Part shown: positions 37,729 through 45,821 of the stretch, in pieces | How the letters are laid out: the number at the start of each line of letters is the position of its first letter | Numbering within the stretch: position 1 is the first letter of the stretch | Assembly: GCA_003169845.1 (NCBI GenBank) | Contig: PNAG01000028.1 | Location: 19,490-83,489 of the forward strand | Reading direction: 5' to 3' | Source of the DNA: Candidatus Dormiibacterota bacterium | GTDB taxonomy: Bacteria; Chloroflexota; Dormibacteria; Dormibacterales; Dormibacteraceae | Length of the DNA stretch: 64,000 bases | Notes under the pieces: generated by a model | What the model was told of the DNA's origin: nothing | The model's database searches: none | Seen by the model: the letters and a program-made list of their open reading frames with translations, nothing else | Translations under genes and position numbers: made by a program

Positions 37729-38652
37729 TTAGGCGGAGCGGCGCGCTCGTTTGGGCGGAGTGGTGGGCGCGCGCGAGTCGGCCAGCTCCTGCAGCCGTCG
37801 CAGGCGGTGGTTCACCGCTGATTTGGACAGCTTCATGCGCCCCGCCAGCTCACCCAGGTTGAGCTCGGGATGCTCGGTGCGCCAGCGAGCCATCTCGCGA
37901 AGCGCCGGCGAGAGGCGCTCCATCCTCCCGTTCGCTTCCAGCCGCCCGATCGCAGCCGCCTGACGAAGGCCGGACCCGATAGTCTTGCCGATGTTGGCCG
38001 TCTCGAAGTTGAGGCGCCGGTTCACCTCGCCGCTGACCTCGCGCATGACCCGCACGTTCTCGAACTCCATGACCGCGCGGCTGGCGCCCATCAGTGATAG
38101 CAGGCGCACGATCGCATCACCCTCCTTGAGGTACACGACGTGCTGCCCGCCGCGCTCCATGATCCCGACCTTCGCGTCGGCCGAACCGGCCAGGTCGGCG
38201 ACGGCGGTCGCCCACGTGCTGGTCGGGACCACGAACTCGAGGTGGTAGCGCGAGCTCGGCACGTTGACCGAACCGCAGCCCAGGAAAAGGCCGCGCAGCA
38301 TCGCCTTCCGGTCGCACGCGGCGTCGGGCACGGCGCTCTTCGCGGACTGGGTAAAGGCGCGTGCGAGGCCTGGCGGCAGCGCCAGCTCGATGAAGAACGA
38401 CATGCGCTTGCGCGTCCTCACGGCCTGGTACTTGGCGTCCATGTGCCCAACGGCGCGCCCGAGCCGTACGACCTTTCGCGCTACCGCGTTTCGCAGCAGC
38501 GAAAAGTAAGCGGCCTGGCCGGGCTCACCCGGGCGCTTGATCAACCTCGCACGCGAGCCGAAATAGATCCCCAGCAGCTCGCTCAGCTGACAGCAGGGCC
38601 GCGCGGGCATAAGCCCGGCCATCTCGTTCTTGACATCAGCGGAGAACGAAAT
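37729..38652 (-). CDS. whiA: DNA-binding sporulation/cell-division regulator WhiA
   Basis: LAGLIDADG-like core and C-terminal HTH (LGELAGRMKLSKSAVNHRLRRL). The conserved N-terminus SFSADVKNE lies upstream of the first ATG, so the start is ATT at 38652 or CTG at 38655, just after GGAGG. Confidence 0.85.
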   Translation of the reverse strand: MSFSADVKNEMAGLMPARPCCQLSELLGIYFGSRARLIKRPGEPGQAAYFSLLRNAVARKVVRLGRAVGHMDAKYQAVRTRKRMSFFIELALPPGLARAFTQSAKSAVPDAACDRKAMLRGLFLGCGSVNVPSSRYHLEFVVPTSTWATAVADLAGSADAKVGIMERGGQHVVYLKEGDAIVRLLSLMGASRAVMEFENVRVMREVSGEVNRRLNFETANIGKTIGSGLRQAAAIGRLEANGRMERLSPALREMARWRTEHPELNLGELAGRMKLSKSAVNHRLRRLQELADSRAPTTPPKRARRSA

Positions 38653-38706
38653 CAGGTGTACCTCCAGGACCGTACTGAAGCCCCGGCCCCAGATCGCAGT
38701 CTATGC

Positions 38707-38795
38707 CTCCCTCCCCCGCCAGGGGCGGGGTCGGGTAAGGGGCCGACGGCCCGCAGAACCTCTCCCTCCTCCGCCAGGGTGGGGGCCGGGGACCC
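38707..38795 (+). repeat. G/C-rich palindromic repeat, copy C (two tandem modules)
   Basis: CCTCCCTCCCCCGCCAGGGGCGGGGTCGGGTAAGGGG and CTCTCCCTCCTCCGCCAGGGTGGGGGCCGGGGACC, in the whiA / E1-beta divergent intergenic region. Confidence 0.7.
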
Positions 38796-38828
38796 CAGAA
38801 TCAGCCCGGGGGCTGGACAATATGCTCC

Positions 38829-39812
38829 ATGCCTGAGATGAGGATGATCGAGGCCGTGCGCGCCGCCATCGGCGAGGAGATGGAGCGCGACGAGCGGGTG
38901 TTGATAATGGGCGAGGACGTCGGCCGGAAGGGCGGCGTGTTCGGAGCGACCGATGGCCTGTATCAGCGCTTCGGCGAGGCTCGCGTGCTCGATACTCCCC
39001 TCGCGGAGTCGGCCATCGTGGGTGTCGCGATCGGCGCGGCTCTGAACGGCCTCATCCCGATCGCCGAGATCCAGTTCGCGGACTTCATCCATCCCGCGTT
39101 CGACCAGATCGTCAGCGAAGCTGCACGCACCCGATACCGGTCGAATGGAGACTGGTCCGTGCCGATCGTCATCCGCACGCCGTTTGGCGGCGGAGTGCAC
39201 GGCGGGCTCTACCACTCGCAGTCGATCGAAGCCTTCTACGCCCACGTCCCCGGGCTCAAGGTCGTCGTGCCGAGCATGCCGGCTGACGCGCACGGCCTGC
39301 TCAAGTCGGCCATCCGCGACCCGGACCCTGTGCTCTTCCTGGAGCACAAGAGGGTCTACCGGCTGGTGGCCGAAGAGGTGCCGGGCGGCGACCACCTCGT
39401 TCCGATCGGTCCCGCCAGGGTGCGCCGCGAGGGCACGAACCTCAGCTGCTTTGCGTGGGGGCTGATGACTCATTACTGCCTCGAGGCGGCGGCCCAGCTG
39501 GCGACAGAGGGCATCAGTGTCGAGGTCGTCGACCTGCGGACACTGGCGCCGCTCGACAGGGACGCGATTCTCGAGTCGGTCCGCAAGACGGGCAAGGGCA
39601 TGGTGGTGCACGAGGACAACCTGACCGGGGGATTCGGCGCCGAGGTCGCGGCGATCATCTCGGAGCATGCCTTCGGCGACCTTGACGGGCCGGTGGTCCG
39701 CGTCGCGGCCCCGGACATCCCTGCCATGCCTTTCAACACCCCGCAGGAGGAGTTCTTCATGCCGAACCCGCACAAGATTGCAGAGGCGATGAGAAAGCTT
39801 GCCGCGTACTGA
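38829..39812 (+). CDS. 2-oxoacid dehydrogenase E1 component, beta subunit
   Basis: 327 aa transketolase-like Pyr and C-terminal domains (GEDVG..GGVF, DTPLAESAIVG, IQFADF). Confidence 0.85.
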   Translation: MPEMRMIEAVRAAIGEEMERDERVLIMGEDVGRKGGVFGATDGLYQRFGEARVLDTPLAESAIVGVAIGAALNGLIPIAEIQFADFIHPAFDQIVSEAARTRYRSNGDWSVPIVIRTPFGGGVHGGLYHSQSIEAFYAHVPGLKVVVPSMPADAHGLLKSAIRDPDPVLFLEHKRVYRLVAEEVPGGDHLVPIGPARVRREGTNLSCFAWGLMTHYCLEAAAQLATEGISVEVVDLRTLAPLDRDAILESVRKTGKGMVVHEDNLTGGFGAEVAAIISEHAFGDLDGPVVRVAAPDIPAMPFNTPQEEFFMPNPHKIAEAMRKLAAY

Positions 39813-41046
39813 GCGCTCTAGCAAGGGAAACCGCCCCCCAGCCCAGCCCTCCCCCTCGCGGGTGAGGGAGACATACCCAACTATCTCCCCAGCCGAATAC
39901 GCGATCCGGCGCCAGGCCGTGGCCGCGGGGATGGAGGCGGCCGGGCTCGACGCGATCTGCGTCTTCTACCCGGCGCGGGTCGCCTACCTGACCGGCTTCC
40001 ACCACATTCCCACGGAGCGCCCCATCGTGCTGGTGCTCGGTCCGAAGACATCCGCCATCCTGGTGGTGCCTGCGGTCGAAAAGGAGCACGCCGAGTCCTC
40101 CACGTCCCTGGACCGGGTCGACGTCTATTTCGAGTACCCGGGCGCCCAGCACCCGATGGAGCACGTGTCCGCGATCCTCGGCGAAATCGGCGCCAGGTCC
40201 GCCCGCACGGGTGCGGACCACGACGGCTACATCCCTTATTGGGGCTACCGGGGTCCGCCCCTCAGCGAACTGCTCGGTCAGCGACTCTTCGATGCCGAGC
40301 CGATCATCGAATCGCTGCGCCGCGTGAAGTCACCAACCGAGATCGCCTGCATACAGCTGAGCTGCGACTGGGCGGTGCGCGCCCACCGTCGCATGCAGGC
40401 CGCAATCGAGACCGGCAAGACGGAGATGGAGATCTATGCGCCGGTGGTCACCGCGACACTTGCGGAGATGCTGCACGAAATGCCGGGCTGGCGGCCGCGC
40501 TCATTCGCGGGCAATGGCCTGGAGGCGATGTTCGTGGGCGGCCGCTCTACGGCGATGCCGCACGGTTTCGTGCGCGGGCACGGCGTGCAGCAAGGCGACG
40601 TGCTGGTGAGCGGGGCGAGCGCGGACATCGACGGGTACCTGAGCGAGCTAGAGCGGACGATGATCGTGGGTGAACCCACACCAGACCAGGTGCGCGGTTT
40701 CGAAGCCATGCTCGCTCTGCAGACGCTGGCGATCGAGACTATGGCGCCAGGCGTGCCGGCGGGCGAGGTCGAGCTGGCCACCGTCCGCCTGGCCGAAGAG
40801 CTCGGCGTCGCGGACAAGCTGCGGCACCACGTCGGGCACTCGATCGGGCTCGAGGGCCACGAAGCCCCCTTTCTCGACCGAGGCGAGGAAACCGTGCTCG
40901 AAGCCGGGATGGTTTTCACTGTCGAACCCGGCGTCTACATGAAGGATGTCGGCGGCTTCCGGCACTCCGACACGGTCGTCATCACCGAAGACGGCTGCCG
41001 TGTCATGACCGACTACCCGCGGGCGCTGAAAGACCTCGTGATTTAA
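39799..41046 (+). CDS. M24-family metallopeptidase (Xaa-Pro dipeptidase/creatinase-like)
   Basis: Creatinase-like N-terminal domain and pita-bread metal ligands (HGVQQGD..SGASADIDGY, HSIGLEGHE, TVEPG). The first ~25 codons of the TTG-started ORF are repeat copy D, so the true start is probably downstream (e.g. GTG 39919 or a non-canonical codon). Confidence 0.8.
   Translation: MPRTERSSKGNRPPAQPSPSRVRETYPTISPAEYAIRRQAVAAGMEAAGLDAICVFYPARVAYLTGFHHIPTERPIVLVLGPKTSAILVVPAVEKEHAESSTSLDRVDVYFEYPGAQHPMEHVSAILGEIGARSARTGADHDGYIPYWGYRGPPLSELLGQRLFDAEPIIESLRRVKSPTEIACIQLSCDWAVRAHRRMQAAIETGKTEMEIYAPVVTATLAEMLHEMPGWRPRSFAGNGLEAMFVGGRSTAMPHGFVRGHGVQQGDVLVSGASADIDGYLSELERTMIVGEPTPDQVRGFEAMLALQTLAIETMAPGVPAGEVELATVRLAEELGVADKLRHHVGHSIGLEGHEAPFLDRGEETVLEAGMVFTVEPGVYMKDVGGFRHSDTVVITEDGCRVMTDYPRALKDLVI
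39831..39871 (-). repeat. G/C-rich palindromic repeat, copy D (inverted orientation)
   Basis: The reverse complement reads GTCTCCCTCACCCGCGAGGGGGAGGGCTGGGCTGGGGGGCGG. Located between the E1-beta stop and the conserved part of the M24 peptidase. Confidence 0.65.
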
Positions 41047-42908
41047 GCAGTTACTGCTTCCGGCACCCGCCCGAGCTTGCTCGTATACATGTGAAGCACC
41101 GTGGTGCCGTCGGTCGTGTGCCGGCGAACGCGGTCGACAGCCATCGGAGGCAGCATCCCCTGGTCCTCCGCGGTCACCACCGTCTCCTTGGGCGCCACCG
41201 TCCGCCATACCTGACCGACCATCTCCCGCGGCAGGTTGCCGGGCACGTAGACGTACCGGCGGTTCGGGACGTGCCCGCGTGCGAGCATCTCCGCCCTCGA
41301 GAACGCATCGTGAGCCGCGTAATCCTTGAGGTAAGGATCGCTCACCTCGAGCAGCTCGTGATGCTGGTGCGGGTACCGATTGCCCCGGTAAAGGAACACC
41401 ACCCCACGACCTGCAGCGGCCCGCGACGCCTCAGCAATGACAGCTTCCGCCGCCATCTGCTCGTGTGGCAGGATGACGAGGACCTCGCCGGCAGATGGGC
41501 GTCTGCCGAGAGCGCTCACGATGGATTCTGCGGCGCGCTGCGGCCGGAACGGAACAGGGAACACAGCCGGACGGCGGCTGCGGTAAAAGCGGTAGGTCGC
41601 GAAGCCGGCGATCAACCCGATCAAGGTCAACCCACCTCCGAACCCGGTTGCGTACGGCTTGGCGAAGAGATTGACCAGCCAAGCCACCACGACGAGCATC
41701 GTGGTCAGAACGCCAACAGAAAAGAAGGCGATGAGACCGGGAGTCCAGCGCCTGTATTCACGCCAGCGCACAACGTCCAGGCTGACGCAGGTCAGCACGA
41801 ACGTGCCGAGCAGCCCGAATGCGTAGAGATCGCCGAGCAACGAGACGCTGCCCCTCGACGCGATGATGATGACGACAGGCAGAGCAACGGCGGCAAGGAC
41901 GGCCCAGTGCGGGGTCCGGCGAATGCGATTGCGATGCTCCAGGACGCGGGGCAAGAAACCCATTCGCGCCAGTGCGATGAAAACGTGGTAGGCCCCGATG
42001 ATCGCCGTGTTGCTCGCGAAGACGAGCAGCATCGCACCGGAGACCGCGACGTAATCCCCGAGCACGCGGCCCGCGACATGGGCGCCGAGCAGCGAGATGA
42101 ACTGGTTTGGATCCGAGTTCGCATTCAGAAGGGTGGTCGACCACAGCGTGAGCAGCGGGCTCGTGATCGCCATCGTCAGCACCACGGCTCCCATCGCGCG
42201 ATAGGCGACCGAACGGCGGGGCTCACGCATCGCCGGCGCCAGCTGCGCGATGCTCTCGAGACCGGAGAAGGCGAGGAAGGCGGCGCCGTAGCCAGTGAGC
42301 AGGAGAATCGGCGTCAGTGGCCGCCCCAGGGTGATCGCGCTGAAGCTGTGAAGAACGCCGGCCGGGCCGAGATAAATCGCGGTCGCGACCACCACGGCGA
42401 GCTGGCCGGCCCCCGCGAGGCACACGAAGATCGCGGTCGTGCGCGCACTTTCCTTGATGCCTAGAAGGTTCAGCAACCCCAGGGCGATGAGGGCACCAAC
42501 CGTGGCATGCACCGCCCACGGCGCCAGAGAGGGCATCACAACCGCGAGGTACAGGGCGCCCGACAACGCGCTGAGCGCCGCCGTCAGGTAGTAGTCGACC
42601 AGGATGAACAGCCCGCCGACCAGTCCGGCAAACGGGTGCAGCGCCTGCGACGACACGTTGACGACCCCGCCGCCCTCCGGATAGCGCCAGGTGACCTCGG
42701 CGTACTTGACACACAGAAGAATGAAGACGAACAGCGTCATCAGGACGAACAACGCCGAGCGTGAACGGAACGGGCCGTACAGGATTCCCGGCACGTAATA
42801 GATGGACGTACCGATGTCGGCGAAGACGACCGCCCAACACAGAAACGCCCCGAGACTCCCGCCGTGATACTTGATCCGGCGGCGGGCCCGGGTCAGGTCG
42901 CCGCTCAC
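41043..42908 (-). CDS. APC-superfamily permease with ~170 aa cytoplasmic C-terminal domain
   Basis: 621 aa from the GTG that overlaps the stop of the small upstream ORF (GTGA). About 12 TM helices. Motifs IGTSIYYVPG and YPEGGGVVNV..LVDYYLTAALSALSG. Confidence 0.75.
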   Translation of the reverse strand: MSGDLTRARRRIKYHGGSLGAFLCWAVVFADIGTSIYYVPGILYGPFRSRSALFVLMTLFVFILLCVKYAEVTWRYPEGGGVVNVSSQALHPFAGLVGGLFILVDYYLTAALSALSGALYLAVVMPSLAPWAVHATVGALIALGLLNLLGIKESARTTAIFVCLAGAGQLAVVVATAIYLGPAGVLHSFSAITLGRPLTPILLLTGYGAAFLAFSGLESIAQLAPAMREPRRSVAYRAMGAVVLTMAITSPLLTLWSTTLLNANSDPNQFISLLGAHVAGRVLGDYVAVSGAMLLVFASNTAIIGAYHVFIALARMGFLPRVLEHRNRIRRTPHWAVLAAVALPVVIIIASRGSVSLLGDLYAFGLLGTFVLTCVSLDVVRWREYRRWTPGLIAFFSVGVLTTMLVVVAWLVNLFAKPYATGFGGGLTLIGLIAGFATYRFYRSRRPAVFPVPFRPQRAAESIVSALGRRPSAGEVLVILPHEQMAAEAVIAEASRAAAGRGVVFLYRGNRYPHQHHELLEVSDPYLKDYAAHDAFSRAEMLARGHVPNRRYVYVPGNLPREMVGQVWRTVAPKETVVTAEDQGMLPPMAVDRVRRHTTDGTTVLHMYTSKLGRVPEAVTA

Positions 42909-43132
42909 TCGATGACCTGGTTCCGCCGCTCGCCGATATGCCGCTTGAGGCTTTCGAGGTCCGTGCGCAGCTGATTGAGAGCCCTCTGGGCCTCTCTGTC
43001 TCCGAGCTCCATGTAAGCGACGGCGGCGAGATAGAGCTCGGCGCGCTCGAGCTGGCGGACCGCGGTGCGCAGCACCTGACGCCGCTCCCTGGCGGTCCTC
43101 GCTTCGGGGAGCTGAAGGATGGCGCTGCGCAT
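42905..43132 (-). CDS. Hypothetical 75 aa helical protein translationally coupled to the APC permease
   Basis: High third-position GC, heptad-like Arg/Glu/Leu-rich sequence, and a GTGA overlap with the permease. No obvious SD. Confidence 0.35.
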   Translation of the reverse strand: MRSAILQLPEARTARERRQVLRTAVRQLERAELYLAAVAYMELGDREAQRALNQLRTDLESLKRHIGERRNQVIE

Positions 43133-43235
43133 GTCTCAAAGCTAGGACTGGAGGTGTGAGGGCTCCGTTTGGGCACGGCCTCCAACCGTATGGACCTTGT
43201 ATGGATGCCGACGCGATCCTTTAACCTCGCGTGAG

Positions 43236-45089
43236 ATGGGTCCCGACGCCGTCGCTCGCCGTGGCCGCCGCCCCGGCGACCTGCGTGTCGTGGTCCGCCG
43301 CGCCGCCAAGCTGCCCCGCACCCTGGGAGCTCCGTCCCTTTTCGCCGCCAGCTACGGGAACGTCGGGTCGAGCATCTACTACGCCCTGGGCGTCACGGCC
43401 GCCTTCGCCCTCGGGCTCACACCGCTGGCCCTGATCCTGGCGGGGCTCATCTTCGTGAGCACCGCCCTCAACTACGCCGAAGGCTCAGCGGCCTTACCAC
43501 ATGCCGGCGGAAGCTCCCAGTTCGCCCGTCGTGCCTTCAACGCGCCGATCGGATTCCTGGTCGGATGGGTCCAGCTGCTCAACTACACGGCGACCGTCTC
43601 GATCTCCGCCTATTTCGCGATCAGCTACCTGGGCGTGTTCGAAAAGTACTTCTGGCTTTTCAGCCTCGTCAGACACAACGAGCTCTGGCATGTGGGCGCC
43701 ACCGTCGCGCTGATTACCATCCTGCTCGTCGTCAACGTCATTGGCATCCAGGAATCGAGCGCGATCAACCTGGTCCTGGCCATGACGGACCTCGTTACGC
43801 AATTTGCGCTGGTCATCCTCGGGCTGATCTTCCTGCTCAACATCCATAAGGTCATCAACAACGTCCACTTCGGCGTGGCGCCGACCTGGGGCAACTTCCT
43901 GGCCAGCATCTCGATCGCGATGGTCACCTATACAGGTATAGAGACGATCTCCAACATGTCCGAAGAGGTCAAGAACCCCGGTCGCAGCGTGCCTCGAGCC
44001 ACGTTCGCGGTGATCGTCGCTGTGCTGTTCGTGTCGGCTTTCCTTCCAACGATCGGAATGAGCGTTTTTCCCGTCCACCTCGATCCCGCCGGGCACTACA
44101 CGACCGCGCTCGCCACCGTCTACAAGAACGACCCGGTCGCCGGCATCGTCACGGGCTTCAACAGCGTCTCGACGACGCTTGGCTTCTGGGCGGGTATCTG
44201 GGTCGGCTTCCTCGCCTTCACGATCCTGGTGATCGCGACCAACGCGGGCTTGATCGGAATCTCGAGGCTGAGCTACTCGCTCGCCGGCGCGGACCTGCTT
44301 CCCCACAGGTTCGCCCGCTTGCACCCGAAATTCAAAACGCCGTATGTCTCGATCATCGTCTTCGGCATCGCCGCAGCCGTGCTCGTCTTACCTGGAATCT
44401 TCGTCCACGGCCAGGAAATCGACCTCTTGGGCGCGGTCTACGCCCTGGCGGCGACGTTCGCGTTCTGCTCCGCGCATCTCTCAGTCATGCGCCTCAGGTT
44501 CATCGAACCGAACCTCTACCGTCCGTATCGGATGCCCGGCAACATCAAGTTCGGCCGCGACAGCATCCCGGTGATATCACTCGTCGGTGCCCTCGCCATC
44601 GGCACGGTGTTCACGCAGTTGATGTCGCAGAACATCTCCAACTCCACTTATATCTATCTCGGCTGGCTCGTGCTCGGCGGGATCACATTTGTGATCTATC
44701 GCCGCTATCGCAAGCAGCCGCTCTGGGAGCCCCTCGAGGTGCCTCCTCCCCCGGACCGCGAGATCGATCGCCTGCCGGCGGCCCCGCTGCCAAGCTCAGC
44801 TCGCTACAAGCATGGGCGGCGCGTCGCCGCGCACGCCGCCGCCGTGCCGGAGCACCGGGCCCGCCACCGTCCCAGCTGGCGGTTGGAGCTGGACCTGTTT
44901 TTCGCCCGCCACGGCGCGGTGCGAGGCGTGTTGATCGTGCTCGTGTTCGCCGCCACGAGCGGGCTTGCAATCTTTGTTGACCTTTCGAGCTACGACCCGT
45001 TCGGTCCCGGACTCGGCTGGTCGCCAGGCATCGTGCTCGTGGCCCTGATCGCCGCGTACCTGCTCAACCGCAGCCACTCCGAGCAATGA
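43236..45089 (+). CDS. APC-superfamily amino acid/cation permease with C-terminal extension
   Basis: Motifs YGNVGSSIYYALG and PHAGGSSQFARRAF, multiple TM helices, and an extra C-terminal region with additional TM segments. Start placed at MGPDAV (the longest ORF starts at 43197). Confidence 0.75.
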   Translation: MGPDAVARRGRRPGDLRVVVRRAAKLPRTLGAPSLFAASYGNVGSSIYYALGVTAAFALGLTPLALILAGLIFVSTALNYAEGSAALPHAGGSSQFARRAFNAPIGFLVGWVQLLNYTATVSISAYFAISYLGVFEKYFWLFSLVRHNELWHVGATVALITILLVVNVIGIQESSAINLVLAMTDLVTQFALVILGLIFLLNIHKVINNVHFGVAPTWGNFLASISIAMVTYTGIETISNMSEEVKNPGRSVPRATFAVIVAVLFVSAFLPTIGMSVFPVHLDPAGHYTTALATVYKNDPVAGIVTGFNSVSTTLGFWAGIWVGFLAFTILVIATNAGLIGISRLSYSLAGADLLPHRFARLHPKFKTPYVSIIVFGIAAAVLVLPGIFVHGQEIDLLGAVYALAATFAFCSAHLSVMRLRFIEPNLYRPYRMPGNIKFGRDSIPVISLVGALAIGTVFTQLMSQNISNSTYIYLGWLVLGGITFVIYRRYRKQPLWEPLEVPPPPDREIDRLPAAPLPSSARYKHGRRVAAHAAAVPEHRARHRPSWRLELDLFFARHGAVRGVLIVLVFAATSGLAIFVDLSSYDPFGPGLGWSPGIVLVALIAAYLLNRSHSEQ

Positions 45090-45136
45090 CTTCCTCCTCC
45101 GTCGGGGTGGGGGTGTTGGAACCCAACGGGTGGAGC
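45090..45136 (+). repeat. G/C-rich palindromic repeat, copy E
   Basis: CTTCCTCCTCCGTCGGGGTGGGGGTGTTGGAACCCAACGGGTGGAGCC, between the convergent APC permease and response regulator genes. Confidence 0.55.
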
Positions 45137-45140
45137 CGGA

Positions 45141-45821
45141 TCAGCCCTCCAGCCGGTATCCCACCCCTGGCTCGTTGACTATGTACCGCGGGTTCGCCGG
45201 GTCGTCACCCAGCTTCTTGCGGATCTGCGCGACGACGTAGCGAGTGTTGTACTTGTCGCCGATCGCGTAGTCACCCCAGACCTGGCGGAGCAGGGTCGTG
45301 TGCGTCACCGGCTTGCCGGCGTGGAGGGCGAGGTAGCGCAGCAGCTCGTACTCGGTGGGCGTCAGACGGACCACGCGGCCGCCGACCGTGACGGTTCGCC
45401 GGCCGATGTCGATCTCGAGGTCACCCGCCCGGATGACCGGCTCGCCCGCGGTCACGTCGGCCTGGCGGCGCAGCACCGCACGGATCCGCGCGACCAGCTC
45501 CTCCGTGCCAAACGGTTTCACCAGGTAGTCGTCGGCGCCCGCGTCAAGGGCGCGCACCTTGTCCTTCTCGTCAGGCATGACGCTGACGACGATCACAGCC
45601 GCGCGCTCCGCGGGCCTCAGCGCCTTCAGAGTCGCAAGTCCGTCCATGCCCGGCAGGCCGAGGTCGAGCAGGATGACGTCTGGGCGCCAGGCCGCCGCCT
45701 CGCGCACGGCCTCTTCCCCGCTCCCCACGGCGCGGACGTCGAAGTCGTAGTAGCTCAGGCCGGTGCGCAATGCCCTCTGCATCTCGACCTCGTCGTCGAC
45801 TACCAATACGCGGCCGCTCAC
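45141..45821 (-). CDS. OmpR/KdpE-family response regulator
   Basis: 226 aa from a GTG that overlaps the kinase stop (GTGA). Receiver motifs VLVVDDE and LLDLGLPGMDG, KdpE-like ALDAGADDYLVKPF, and a winged-helix C-terminus. Confidence 0.9.
   Translation of the reverse strand: MSGRVLVVDDEVEMQRALRTGLSYYDFDVRAVGSGEEAVREAAAWRPDVILLDLGLPGMDGLATLKALRPAERAAVIVVSVMPDEKDKVRALDAGADDYLVKPFGTEELVARIRAVLRRQADVTAGEPVIRAGDLEIDIGRRTVTVGGRVVRLTPTEYELLRYLALHAGKPVTHTTLLRQVWGDYAIGDKYNTRYVVAQIRKKLGDDPANPRYIVNEPGVGYRLEG

Noticed and set aside
43133-43235. A possible riboswitch (e.g. the c-di-AMP ydaO/kimA class) in the divergent region between the two APC permeases.
   Set aside because: Only about 100 nt are available for two divergent promoters. 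I could not recognise the conserved ydaO-class sequence blocks or a pseudo-twofold architecture by eye. An Rfam scan would be needed to revisit this.
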